Below are positions 31,845-40,265 of a DNA stretch of 41,355 nucleotides, in pieces (the stretch's first letter is position 1; every line of letters begins with the position of its first letter). The position numbers were made by a program, and so were the translations under genes. This DNA is from a virus. The notes beneath the pieces were generated by a model, which was not told the origin of the DNA, ran no database searches, and was given only the letters and a program-made list of their open reading frames with translations. Location of the stretch: positions 1-41,355 of the IMG/VR virus record IMGVR_UViG_3300045988_021954; one strand, 5' to 3'.

Positions 31845-32269
31845 TTGACTGCGGCAGGGAAAACATAAGACCGGCAGGAGCGCTATTCCCACCGGCCAAT
31901 GTCCAAATTTGTTTACCCAATGCCCCTTGCAGGCTTTTGCCGCCTGCAATAGCGCTACAGGTTCTTCAGGAGCCTTACCACTTTCGCAGTTTTGGTTCTG
32001 CGCATTGCCTTCTCGCTGGTAAGCCATCGGGAGTACCCGATACGGTGGGATATGATTACTGGCATATCACCGTGAGTTTTAACCTCTTCACTGAGTGCTC
32101 CGCCGTATCAGTTGCTGCATTTAGCCAGTTTAACGCGCTTTGGCACCGCTGTTGCGACCCGACGGGAAGGGAACAGGCAAAATCAAAAGGTTGGTCAAGA
32201 AAACCACCTCCCTTGAATTTGCCCAAAGAGGGCTAACGGCAGTATAGCAAATATCCCTGCCGCAGTCAA
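31845..32269 (+). ncRNA. Candidate structured RNA domain (or IR-bounded element) in the 0.6-kb early leader
   Basis: Perfect 16-bp inverted repeat TTGACTGCGGCAGGGA / TCCCTGCCGCAGTCAA encloses 393 nt with nested helices. No credible ORF. Confidence 0.45.
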
Positions 32270-32302
32270 TGAAATCTCAAATTAGAAACGGAGGTAGAAA
32301 AG

Positions 32303-32521
32303 TTGGATTTGAAAGAGCTGCGAAACCTTGCAAACCTGACGCGAAAGCAGGTTGCGCGAAAGCTGAACATCGATGTGTCCTGCGTGTCGCATTGGGAGCT
32401 GAATGACTGGGCCCCGCCGCAGAAGCACTGGCGCAAACTGGCGAAGATGTACAACGTGACCGAATCGGAAATCAAGATGCTCGCCGACGAGATCAGAGAG
32501 GGCAATAAGGTGGGCGCATGA
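32303..32521 (+). CDS. Cro-like XRE HTH protein
   Basis: TTG start 7 nt after GGAGGT. LTRKQVARKLNIDVSCVSHWEL is an HTH pattern. First gene of the early rightward operon. Confidence 0.65.
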   Translation: MDLKELRNLANLTRKQVARKLNIDVSCVSHWELNDWAPPQKHWRKLAKMYNVTESEIKMLADEIREGNKVGA

Positions 32522-33228
32522 ACGAACTAATTAAAATCACTTATAACAATGACCGCCCTGCGGTTTCGGCGCGAGACTTGCACGACTTCTTAGAAGTCGA
32601 CACCCCTTATCACAAGTGGTTTCCGAGAATGTGCGAGTACGGATTCACCAATGGCGAGGACTTTTTAGTTACGGACAATTTTGTCCCTAACTCAGCAGGA
32701 GGCCCGCAACATCAGAAAGACGCCGTGCTTACCATTGACATGGCGAAAGAGATTTGCATGATCCAGCGCAACGAAAAGGGCAGGCAAGCCCGCCAGTATT
32801 TCCTTCAAATCGAAAAGGACTGGAACAGCCCAGAGAAAGTCATGGCCCGCGCGCTGCAAATCGCAGGAGACAAGCTCAAGAAACTTGAAAGCAAGATCGA
32901 GGCCGACGCGCCGAAGGTGCTTTTCGCCGATGCAGTCAGCGCAAGCAAGACTTCAATCCTCGTCGGCGAGCTGGCGAAGCTGCTGAAACAAAACGGCGTG
33001 GATATCGGGCAGCATCGGCTATTCCGATGGATGCGTGAAAATGGTTATTTGATTCGTCGCAAAGGTCTGGATTTTAATATGCCGACGCAGAAGTCAATGG
33101 ATTTAGGCCTTTTCACCGTCAAAGAAACGGCAATCACGCATTCCGATGGCACGGTGACTGTGAGCAAGACAACGAAAGTGACCGGGAAGGGACAGCAGTA
33201 TTTTATCGAAAAATTTCTTGCAGGGTAA
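32518..33228 (+). CDS. Antirepressor (AntA-like N-terminus plus KilAC domain)
   Basis: PAVSARDLHDFLEVDTPYHKWFPRMCEYGFTNGEDF at the N-terminus. ...LFADAVSASKTSILVGELAKLLKQNG...FRWMRENGYL in the KilAC-like C-terminus. Confidence 0.8.
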   Translation: MNELIKITYNNDRPAVSARDLHDFLEVDTPYHKWFPRMCEYGFTNGEDFLVTDNFVPNSAGGPQHQKDAVLTIDMAKEICMIQRNEKGRQARQYFLQIEKDWNSPEKVMARALQIAGDKLKKLESKIEADAPKVLFADAVSASKTSILVGELAKLLKQNGVDIGQHRLFRWMRENGYLIRRKGLDFNMPTQKSMDLGLFTVKETAITHSDGTVTVSKTTKVTGKGQQYFIEKFLAG

Positions 33229-33336
33229 AGAAATTGCCCCGCCCAATGTTGCAGCATCGAGCGGGGCGGGTGGGACAAATCTCACCACAAGATATTGTGT
33301 CCGTGCTTATTGTAGCACGGAGGGAAGGAAAAGGCA

Positions 33337-33489
33337 ATGAGAAAAAAGCCAGAGTACAAAATCATTTGGGTCACGCCCCCAGACCCTGAAAAGCTGGGGA
33401 CGATCATGGGCGAGATTTACGCACGCGGTCACGGCCTTGAGTTTGTCGGCCTTGTGCCGAACGAAAAGAAGGGAGAAAAGCATGGCTGA
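33337..33489 (+). CDS. Small hypothetical protein (50 aa)
   Basis: ATG after GGAGGGAAGGAAAAGG. Product MRKKPEYKIIWVTPPDPEKLGTIMGEIYARGHGLEFVGLVPNEKKGEKHG. Confidence 0.45.
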   Translation: MRKKPEYKIIWVTPPDPEKLGTIMGEIYARGHGLEFVGLVPNEKKGEKHG

Positions 33490-33637
33490 TACGTTGTTTT
33501 TTGGCGGCATCGCCGCTGCGGTGATCGCGCTCAACGGCTGCGACTTCCCGACAAGTCTTGCCGTCATCGGCGCGTGCGCGGTGTGCAAGGTGCTGTATGA
33601 TTTGCTGCCGTATATCGACAGGGGGTGCAGACGGTGA
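33482..33637 (+). CDS. Small hydrophobic protein (51 aa)
   Basis: ATG after GAAGGGAGAAAAGC. Product MADTLFFGGIAAAVIALNGCDFPTSLAVIGACAVCKVLYDLL... Confidence 0.45.
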   Translation: MADTLFFGGIAAAVIALNGCDFPTSLAVIGACAVCKVLYDLLPYIDRGCRR

Positions 33638-33750
33638 GACGGCACGACAAGCGCACGAGAGAACAGCGCAAGGCAGACGAGGCGATGCTTTTTGCCGGTA
33701 TCTGCCTGCTGCTGGCGGCGGTGCTCATCGCGGTCTCGGCGATGATGTGA
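33634..33750 (+). CDS. Small membrane protein (38 aa)
   Basis: GTGA overlap. Basic N-terminus followed by TM MLFAGICLLLAAVLIAVSAMM. Confidence 0.35.
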   Translation: MRRHDKRTREQRKADEAMLFAGICLLLAAVLIAVSAMM

Positions 33751-33920
33751 TGTACATTTGCGAATGGTGCGGGCTGGCCTTTGACGAGCCCGATGTCTTG
33801 CGCAGGCGCGATAACCTTGACGGGGAGCGCGGCTATGCCCTTGTGACGGAAAAGTTCTGCCCGGACTGCGGCGCAGAGGAAATGTATTTTGAAGAATTGG
33901 AGGAGACCGAAGATGGATAA
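33750..33920 (+). CDS. Small zinc-ribbon protein (56 aa)
   Basis: MYICEWCG...FCPDCG (two CxxC pairs). TGATG-type coupling. Acidic tail. Confidence 0.5.
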   Translation: MYICEWCGLAFDEPDVLRRRDNLDGERGYALVTEKFCPDCGAEEMYFEELEETEDG

Positions 33921-34755
33921 CACCCTGATGAAAGTGACTCAACTCCCCGTGATCGAGGAGCATTTGATGAGCCGGAAGGAGCAGACGGAGCAGCGCGTCG
34001 CAGAGGCAATGAGCCTTGTCTGCACCGACGAGACCTTAACCAGCGTGAAGAACATTCGCGCCGAAATGAACCGCGAGTTTGCCGATGCCGAGACCCAGCG
34101 CAAGGCCATTAAAGCCGCAATCATGGAGAAGTACGACAGCTTCGAATCCGTCTACCGTGAGTGCATCGCCGACCCGTACAAGCGCGCCGACGCAGACCTG
34201 AAAGCCAAGATCGACGCGACGGAAAGCGAGATCAAGAGCCGCTGCGAGGAAATGCTGCTGGGCTATTTTCGGGAGCTGTGCGCGGTCAACGAGATCGACT
34301 TTCTTTCGTTCGGGCAGACCGGCGTTAAGGTCGATATGGCGAGCGCCAGAGCCAAGACGCCGAAGAAGCTCATGGAGCAGATCAAGCTAAAGGTGGACGG
34401 CGTGGCGCAGGACATGAAAACCATCGGCACGATGGGCGAGAACGCGCCGGAGATCATGGTGGAGTACAAAAAGAACCTCGACCTCTCGCTTGCGATCTCC
34501 GTTGTCAACGAGCGTCACCGCCGCGCCGAGGAAGAGCGCGAGGTCGTGAAACGCCGCACGGAAATGGAGGAGGCCCGTGCTGCCGGAGCACCCGTCCGCG
34601 AGGATACCGGCGCAGCGGCCCCGCAGGTCGTCCCGAAGCGCGTGGAGCAGGCGGCGGTCGAACGCCTCACGGTGTCGTTCCGCGTGACCGATACGCGCGA
34701 GCGCCTACGCCTTTTGAAGCAATTCCTTGTCAGCAATGGCTATCAGTACGAATGA
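33913..34755 (+). CDS. DUF1351-like recombination-module protein
   Basis: 280-aa helical protein directly upstream of the annealing protein. N-terminus ...VTQLPVIEEHL... is typical of DUF1351 phage proteins. Confidence 0.55.
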   Translation: MDNTLMKVTQLPVIEEHLMSRKEQTEQRVAEAMSLVCTDETLTSVKNIRAEMNREFADAETQRKAIKAAIMEKYDSFESVYRECIADPYKRADADLKAKIDATESEIKSRCEEMLLGYFRELCAVNEIDFLSFGQTGVKVDMASARAKTPKKLMEQIKLKVDGVAQDMKTIGTMGENAPEIMVEYKKNLDLSLAISVVNERHRRAEEEREVVKRRTEMEEARAAGAPVREDTGAAAPQVVPKRVEQAAVERLTVSFRVTDTRERLRLLKQFLVSNGYQYE

Positions 34756-34776
34756 TTATTTGAGGAGGACATTACG

Positions 34777-35664
34777 ATGAACGAAATGCAGACCTACAAC
34801 AGCACCGAAGTTGTGAGCGCCAAGAGCGTGAACACCGAAATGATGATCTCCCGTCAGGCACAGGAAGTGCAGGCGGCAATGGTCGTCGCCAAGCGTTTCC
34901 CTCGTGACGAGATCGAAGCGAACAACCGCATTCTCAACGCCTGCAAGCGCAAGAGCCTTGCCGAGCGCGCGATCTATGAATACCCGCGCGGCGGCGAGAA
35001 TGTGACCGGCCCGTCGATCCGTCTCGCCGAGGTCATGGCGCAGAATTGGGGCAACCTCGACTTCGGCATTACCGAGCTGGAGCAGAAGAACGGCGAGAGT
35101 ACCGTCATGGCCTACTGCTGGGATTTGGAGACCAACACCCGCCAGACGAAGATCTTCACCGTGCCGCATATCCGCTACACCAAGAAAGGCAGCGTTGCCC
35201 TCACCGACCCGCGCGACATTTATGAAATGGTCGCCAATCAGGGCGCGCGCCGTATGCGCGCGTGCATTCTTGGCATTATCCCCGGCGACGTGGTAGACGC
35301 CGCTCTTGCGGCGTGTACCAAGACGATGATGGGAAAGAGCGATGAACCCATGATCGACCGCGTACGCAAGATGGGACAGGCGTTCAAGGATGACTTCGGC
35401 GTACCGATGGAGTGCCTTGAAAAGTACATCGGCTGCAAGGCCGAAGCGTTCACGGCGCAGAGCATCGTGCGCCTGCGTAATGTGTATACCTCACTGAAAG
35501 AGGGACGCGCGAGCCGCGAGCAGTATTTTGATCTCCCGACCGTCGAAGTGGACGAGACCACAGGCGAGGTCAAGGACGAGCTGCCCGCTCCCGCTGACGC
35601 CCTCGGTACGCCGGACGACGGAAAGACCGGCACCACCAAGCAGGTGAGCATGAATGATCTGTAA
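34777..35664 (+). CDS. ssDNA-annealing recombinase (RecT/Redbeta superfamily, putative)
   Basis: RBS GAGGAGGAC. GPSIRLAEVMAQNWGNL and ARRMRACILGIIPGD segments. Context: DUF1351 upstream, nuclease and SSB downstream. Confidence 0.6.
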   Translation: MNEMQTYNSTEVVSAKSVNTEMMISRQAQEVQAAMVVAKRFPRDEIEANNRILNACKRKSLAERAIYEYPRGGENVTGPSIRLAEVMAQNWGNLDFGITELEQKNGESTVMAYCWDLETNTRQTKIFTVPHIRYTKKGSVALTDPRDIYEMVANQGARRMRACILGIIPGDVVDAALAACTKTMMGKSDEPMIDRVRKMGQAFKDDFGVPMECLEKYIGCKAEAFTAQSIVRLRNVYTSLKEGRASREQYFDLPTVEVDETTGEVKDELPAPADALGTPDDGKTGTTKQVSMNDL

Positions 35665-36328
35665 GGTCAAGGTCATTTCGACCGGCTCCAAGGGGAACGC
35701 CGTACTGCTGAATGATGAAATACTCATTGACTGCGGCGTTCCCTTTCGGGAACTCGAACCATACTGCAAGGGATTGAGGCTCGTCCTGCTGACGCATGTT
35801 CACGGCGACCACTTCAACCCCGAGACCATCAAGCGCCTGCACTTCCTGCGCCCTGCGCTGCGCTGGTGCGTCCCTCCGTGGCTCATGGAACCGATGGGAC
35901 GCATCGGCGTGGACCGCCGCGTGACCGACGAGGGCACGGCAGGCCATGTGCTGTTCTACTCCTGTTCCTTTCTCTACCCCGTCTGTGTGTCCTACAATTC
36001 CATTCCTCACGATGTTCCGAATTGTGCGTGGCATATCGAATTTGCAAACGGCGAGCGCGTGTTCTATGCGACGGACTGCGCCTCGCTGGACGGCATTGTG
36101 GCGCAGGACTACGACCTTTATCTGATCGAAGCCAATTACGGCGAAGAGGAGATACAGGAGCGCATGAAGCGCAAGCTGGAGGCGGGAGAATTCAGCTATG
36201 AGAGCCGCGCGATGGAGAGCCATCTATCCCGCGAGCAGGCGCGCGCATGGCTCGCCCAAAACGCCGCCATCGGCAAGAGCCATGTGCTCTATCTGCACCA
36301 ACACCAAAGCGAGGAGGAATTGAAATGA
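35654..36328 (+). CDS. MBL-fold metallo-hydrolase (putative recombination exonuclease)
   Basis: HxHxDH motif in LLTHVHGDHF. Confidence 0.75.
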   Translation: MICKVKVISTGSKGNAVLLNDEILIDCGVPFRELEPYCKGLRLVLLTHVHGDHFNPETIKRLHFLRPALRWCVPPWLMEPMGRIGVDRRVTDEGTAGHVLFYSCSFLYPVCVSYNSIPHDVPNCAWHIEFANGERVFYATDCASLDGIVAQDYDLYLIEANYGEEEIQERMKRKLEAGEFSYESRAMESHLSREQARAWLAQNAAIGKSHVLYLHQHQSEEELK

Positions 36329-36735
36329 GCATGAATCGAATCTGCCTGATGGGACGCATCGGGCGTGACTTGGAGCTGAAAAAGACGAACAGCGGCGTAT
36401 CCGTTGTGTCGTTCCCTCTTGCCGTTGATCGCAACGGCAAAGAGGGCGGCACGGACTGGATCGACGTTGTCGCATGGCGCGGCACGGCAGAAGTGCTCTG
36501 CAACTACGCCGATAAGGGTCGCATGATCGGCGTCGAGGGGCGCTTGCAGATGCGCGACTGGACGGACAAGAACGGCAACAAGCGCAGGAGCTACGAGGTG
36601 CAGGCTGACAGCGTGTATTTCGCAGACAACAGGCGCTCGGAGGATAACAACACCGCCGCATCGCAATACGCCACAGAGAGCGCCGCAGGCGGCTTTGCAG
36701 AGGTCAGCGAGGACGACGGCGAGCTGCCGTTTTAA
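36325..36735 (+). CDS. ssb: Single-stranded DNA-binding protein
   Basis: OB-fold pattern NRICLMGRIGRDLELKKT...DWIDVVAWRGTAE...GRLQMRDW. Acidic tail DDGELPF. Confidence 0.9.
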   Translation: MSMNRICLMGRIGRDLELKKTNSGVSVVSFPLAVDRNGKEGGTDWIDVVAWRGTAEVLCNYADKGRMIGVEGRLQMRDWTDKNGNKRRSYEVQADSVYFADNRRSEDNNTAASQYATESAAGGFAEVSEDDGELPF

Positions 36736-36746
36736 GGGAGTAGTCT

Positions 36747-37553
36747 ATGGCAAAGAGCGGGATCGATTACTTTCCGCTTGATGTCACATTGAACGCAAAG
36801 TTTGAACTGATAGAAGCAGAATTTGGCTTGACAGGATTTGGTGTAGTCGTTCACTTGCTGCAAGAGATTTACGGCAAGGCGGGTTACTACATTGAATGGA
36901 CAGAGGAGGTTGCGCTTTTGTTCGCCCGCAAGGTCGGGTTGGGTGGGAGCGTCGTTTCCGAAATAATAGAGGCTTCTATCAGACGAGGGATGTTCGACAA
37001 AGAGAAGTATGACAAGTACCACGTGTTGACCTCTAAGGGCATACAAGAAAGGTACTTCGAGGCAGTCAGCCGCCGCAAAACTCTTGAAGTCGATTACAAC
37101 ATCCTTCTGGTTGATGTTGCCCAAATTTTGCCCAATGTTTACATTTATGCGAAAAATGTAAACATTTTTTCAAAAAATGCTGACATCGAACGACAAAGTA
37201 AAGTAGAGAAAAGTAGAGTAGAGAAAAGTAAAGAAGAGTACATATTATGCGCTGAGCCGCAAGCGGCTGACGCGCCACCGGTGATTTCTTTGCCGCTGAA
37301 TGACGGGACTTTTTTCGACGTGTCGGAGAATGATAGGGCCAAATGGTCGCAGCTCTATCCGAACGTTGACGTTCTACAACAGCTCAGAAACATGGCGGGA
37401 TGGTGCGACGTGAACCCTACCAAGCGAAAGACACGCGGAGGGATTAAGCGTTTCATCACCGCTTGGCTTGCCAGAGAGCAGGACAAGGGCGGCAAAGCGC
37501 CGCAAAATAAGCCGTTTGTCTACGACTACGGCAACACGGAGGGAAGCCTATGA
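36747..37553 (+). CDS. Replisome organiser / replication initiator (DUF4373, DnaD-like)
   Basis: N-terminus GIDYFPLDVTLNAKFELIEAEFGLTGFGVVVHLLQEIYGKAGYY is typical of DUF4373 phage replication proteins. Confidence 0.75.
   Translation: MAKSGIDYFPLDVTLNAKFELIEAEFGLTGFGVVVHLLQEIYGKAGYYIEWTEEVALLFARKVGLGGSVVSEIIEASIRRGMFDKEKYDKYHVLTSKGIQERYFEAVSRRKTLEVDYNILLVDVAQILPNVYIYAKNVNIFSKNADIERQSKVEKSRVEKSKEEYILCAEPQAADAPPVISLPLNDGTFFDVSENDRAKWSQLYPNVDVLQQLRNMAGWCDVNPTKRKTRGGIKRFITAWLAREQDKGGKAPQNKPFVYDYGNTEGSL
37117..37230. repeat. Candidate origin of replication inside the organiser gene
   Basis: TTGCCCAA twice, 11 bp apart. 11-bp inverted repeat AATGTTTACAT / ATGTAAACATT. 13-bp direct repeat GTAGAGAAAAGTA twice. 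AT-rich. Confidence 0.5.
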
Positions 37554-38374
37554 ACGTTGACGCATTGATCGACAGCATCGCGAAAAAGGCCGAGCCTGTG
37601 CGTGATCTGGTCGACTACGAGAAAGACGGGCTGCTGTACTGCGGCCATTGCAACACGCCGAAGCAGTGCCGGATCCCCATCGGCGGGAGCGTCCGCCTTG
37701 TCGGCTGTCAGTGCGCTTGCGCGGCGCGAGAATACGAGGCCGAGAAAAAAGCACGCGCTGACCGCGAGAAGCGGTTGCGCATCGAAACGCTGCGTGCTGA
37801 CGGAATCCGCGACAAGAGCCTGACGGCGTGCCGGTTCGACACGGCAACGATGAGCGAGGAAATTGTCAAATGCAAGCGCTATGCGGATGCATGGGACGAT
37901 ATGCGGCGCGAGAACAATGGGCTTCTGCTGTGGGGAAACACCGGCAACGGCAAGACCTTCGCGGCGGCGTGCATCGCCAACGAGCTGATTGATCGCGGCA
38001 TTCCGGCGATGATTACGAGCTTCCCGCGGATACTCAACGCAGGATACGATAAGAAGGGAATCATCGAGCAGGTGCACTATTACCCGCTGATGGTGATCGA
38101 CGATCTCGGCGCAGAGCGCAGCAGTGAGTATGCGATGGAGACGGTTTACACGGTCATTGACGAGCGATACAAGGCCAAGAAGCCGCTGATCGTCACCACA
38201 AACCTGACGCTTGACGAGCTGTGCAGGCCGAAAGACATGACCTATCAGCGCATCTATGACCGCATCCTCGAGATGTGCACACCGCTGGTATTCAAGGGCG
38301 ATAGCATGAGACGCGACAAGGCAAATCAGCGCATGAGGCACGTCAAATCAGTGTTGGCAGGCGGTGCGCCGTGA
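37550..38374 (+). CDS. DnaC/IstB-like AAA+ helicase loader
   Basis: Walker A GNTGNGKT. Walker B LMVIDDLG. N-terminal Cys cluster. Confidence 0.85.
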   Translation: MNVDALIDSIAKKAEPVRDLVDYEKDGLLYCGHCNTPKQCRIPIGGSVRLVGCQCACAAREYEAEKKARADREKRLRIETLRADGIRDKSLTACRFDTATMSEEIVKCKRYADAWDDMRRENNGLLLWGNTGNGKTFAAACIANELIDRGIPAMITSFPRILNAGYDKKGIIEQVHYYPLMVIDDLGAERSSEYAMETVYTVIDERYKAKKPLIVTTNLTLDELCRPKDMTYQRIYDRILEMCTPLVFKGDSMRRDKANQRMRHVKSVLAGGAP

Positions 38375-38577
38375 GCGGGTATCGCGGGGGCATTTTCAAG
38401 TGCCCGTTTTACTCGCGGGACTACCGCGACTATCTCAACTGCGAGGGTGCGCAAGTCAAGCTGCCGAAAGAAGAGCTGGACGAATATACGCGGCGCTACT
38501 GCGCCAACGAAGAATGGCGGCGCTGCCCGATCGCTCGGGCGCTGACGCTGCACTACGAAAGGACGGAGAACCGATGA
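38371..38577 (+). CDS. Cys-rich hypothetical protein (68 aa)
   Basis: GTGA overlap. CPFYSRD...NCEG...YCANEEWRRCP. Confidence 0.5.
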   Translation: MSGYRGGIFKCPFYSRDYRDYLNCEGAQVKLPKEELDEYTRRYCANEEWRRCPIARALTLHYERTENR

Positions 38578-38957
38578 GCGAAAGAAACAGAGACAAGGTA
38601 AAACAGCTTGAGCACGAGCTCGGAAGATATCAGAAAAAAGTCGGCGAGCTGATGAAAGCGAATGCGAAGCTGCGCGAGGATATGAAGGGGCTGAACCAGC
38701 TGCGCATGGCGTTCGATGCTTGGACTATCCAGATCGCGCTTGCCTACGGCGAGGCAGTGAAGGACCCCGACACGGGAGAAGATATCCCACGCATGAAGGC
38801 GATCCACCTCGAAAGGCCGAAGGTGAACCCGCTGCTTGGGCAATACGAGATTCACCAGCGCGTCGATGAGAATAACGTGATGCATATTGCGGTCGGTTTG
38901 CGGGATGATCCCGCGGACAGCAAGGCGGAGGCGCACGATGGCACTGACATCAGCTGA
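38574..38957 (+). CDS. Hypothetical coiled-coil protein (127 aa)
   Basis: ATGA overlap with the previous stop. Confidence 0.5.
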   Translation: MSERNRDKVKQLEHELGRYQKKVGELMKANAKLREDMKGLNQLRMAFDAWTIQIALAYGEAVKDPDTGEDIPRMKAIHLERPKVNPLLGQYEIHQRVDENNVMHIAVGLRDDPADSKAEAHDGTDIS

Positions 38958-39384
38958 CCTTGCACGGCTCGGTCCGCAGGCGCAGAAGCAGGTGCTTGAC
39001 AAGCTGGAAGGCATGAAGAAGCCGAAGAAGAACAAGTACGGCAACCGCAAGGTCGTGCGCGACGGCATCAAGTTTGATTCCGAGCGTGAGGCGGCGCGGT
39101 TTTCCGAGCTGAAAGTGCTGCGCGCGATGGGCAAGATTCGGGATTTGCGGCTGCAAGTGAATTTTACCCTCGTGGAGGGATACACAACTATCGAAGGTGA
39201 GAGAATCAAGCCGATGGTCTACCGCGCGGATTTTACTTACGAGCGGACGACTGAGCCGGACTGCAACGGCACGGTGCACTGGCTGCGCGAGGTCGAGGAC
39301 GCAAAGGGCGCGAAAACGAAAGACTATCTGCTGAAAAAGAAGCTGATGCAGGACAAGTACGGCATCACGATCCGCGAGGTGTGA
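38938..39384 (+). CDS. DUF1064 protein (putative Holliday-junction resolvase/nuclease)
   Basis: NKYGNRKVVRDGIKFDSEREAARFSELKVL...YRADFTY...KGAKTKDYLLKKKL matches the DUF1064 pattern. Confidence 0.75.
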   Translation: MALTSADLARLGPQAQKQVLDKLEGMKKPKKNKYGNRKVVRDGIKFDSEREAARFSELKVLRAMGKIRDLRLQVNFTLVEGYTTIEGERIKPMVYRADFTYERTTEPDCNGTVHWLREVEDAKGAKTKDYLLKKKLMQDKYGITIREV

Positions 39385-39385
39385 G

Positions 39386-39580
39386 ATGAGCTTTGAGCAC
39401 TGCCACAGCTGCAAGCCGCCGACGCGGCACGTAGGTTGTCACGGCGATTGCCCGTACTATCAGGCGGATATCGCCAAGTACAACGAGGCGAAGGAAGAAG
39501 AAGCGCGCCAAACGCAGGAACGCGGTGCCTATTGGGGCGCGCGGCAGTTTAAGACAAGACGCTATCAACGAACGAAATAA
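39386..39580 (+). CDS. Cys/His-rich small protein (64 aa)
   Basis: CHSCKPPTRHVGCHGDCPYY, then a basic tail. Confidence 0.5.
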   Translation: MSFEHCHSCKPPTRHVGCHGDCPYYQADIAKYNEAKEEEARQTQERGAYWGARQFKTRRYQRTK

Positions 39581-39594
39581 GGGAGCAAGAAAAG

Positions 39595-40041
39595 ATGTTG
39601 ACAGAAAAAGAGTTGGGCGAACGGCTCAAAAACGTTCGCGAAGTGCGCCGCATCAGCCAGTTCCGGCTTGGCGAAATGGTGGAATGCGGGCAGGGACATA
39701 TCGGGAAACTGGAAAAGGGTGAGCACTACCCGAAGTTGCCGACGCTGTACAAGATCAGCGAAGCGCTGAATATTTCCGTAAGCGATATTTTGTCGGAATC
39801 TCCGCCATCAAAGGATGGGATGCTTTCGCCGGAGGAAGTCGGCGCAAACATCCGCAAATGGAGAATCATGCGTGGGCTTGGCGTGAAGAAACTGGCGGAA
39901 AAGTCGGGCGTATCGCGCAACAGCATCCGAAACCTTGAGACCGGCAAGTGCATGAGTTTCCTACTGACATATCAGTACATTGCCGAAGCGCTGGGCGTGA
40001 CCGTCGGGACGCTGCTCGGAGAGACGGGCGGTGCGGAATGA
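39595..40041 (+). CDS. Tandem-HTH XRE-family regulator
   Basis: Two HTH_3-like units: ELGERLKNVREVRRISQFRLGEMV... and EVGANIRKWRIMRGLGVKKLAEKSGVSRNSIRNLE... Confidence 0.75.
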   Translation: MLTEKELGERLKNVREVRRISQFRLGEMVECGQGHIGKLEKGEHYPKLPTLYKISEALNISVSDILSESPPSKDGMLSPEEVGANIRKWRIMRGLGVKKLAEKSGVSRNSIRNLETGKCMSFLLTYQYIAEALGVTVGTLLGETGGAE

Positions 40042-40265
40042 TGAAAGCTGTGCCATTTAAGACGGTGGCGTATCCACAACTCAAGAAAGCCTTGCAGTCA
40101 TCGGGAATGACACCGCCGGAGTTGAGCAAGAAGATCGGAGTTTCCCCGCTCTGCGTGTGGCGATGGACAACGGGGAAGAACGAATTCAGCATCGGCGTTA
40201 TCAAGGCAATTCTTGCGGTGACGGGGCTGACATTTGAAGAGGCTTTCGGGGAGGTGCACGCATGA
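40038..40265 (+). CDS. Small HTH-like protein, paralogue 1 (75 aa)
   Basis: ATGA overlap. AYPQLKKALQSSGMTPPELSKKIGVSPLCVWRWTTGK...TGLTFEEAFGE. Confidence 0.6.
   Translation: MMKAVPFKTVAYPQLKKALQSSGMTPPELSKKIGVSPLCVWRWTTGKNEFSIGVIKAILAVTGLTFEEAFGEVHA

Noticed and set aside
31820-32236. 138-aa + strand ORF in the early leader
   Set aside because: There is no RBS. The composition is odd (P/C/A/L-rich, no recognisable motif). It spans the hairpin-rich IR-bounded domain, so it is more likely non-coding.
31845-32269. Retron msr-msd or a DGR template as the explanation for the IR-bounded element
   Set aside because: No reverse transcriptase gene exists anywhere in the genome, and I found no A-mismatched repeat of a tail-fibre variable region.
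33307-33963. 218-aa minus-strand ORF across the micro-ORF region
   Set aside because: It is R/H/P-rich nonsense opposite four coupled + strand ORFs that have RBSs, and it runs against the direction of the early operon.
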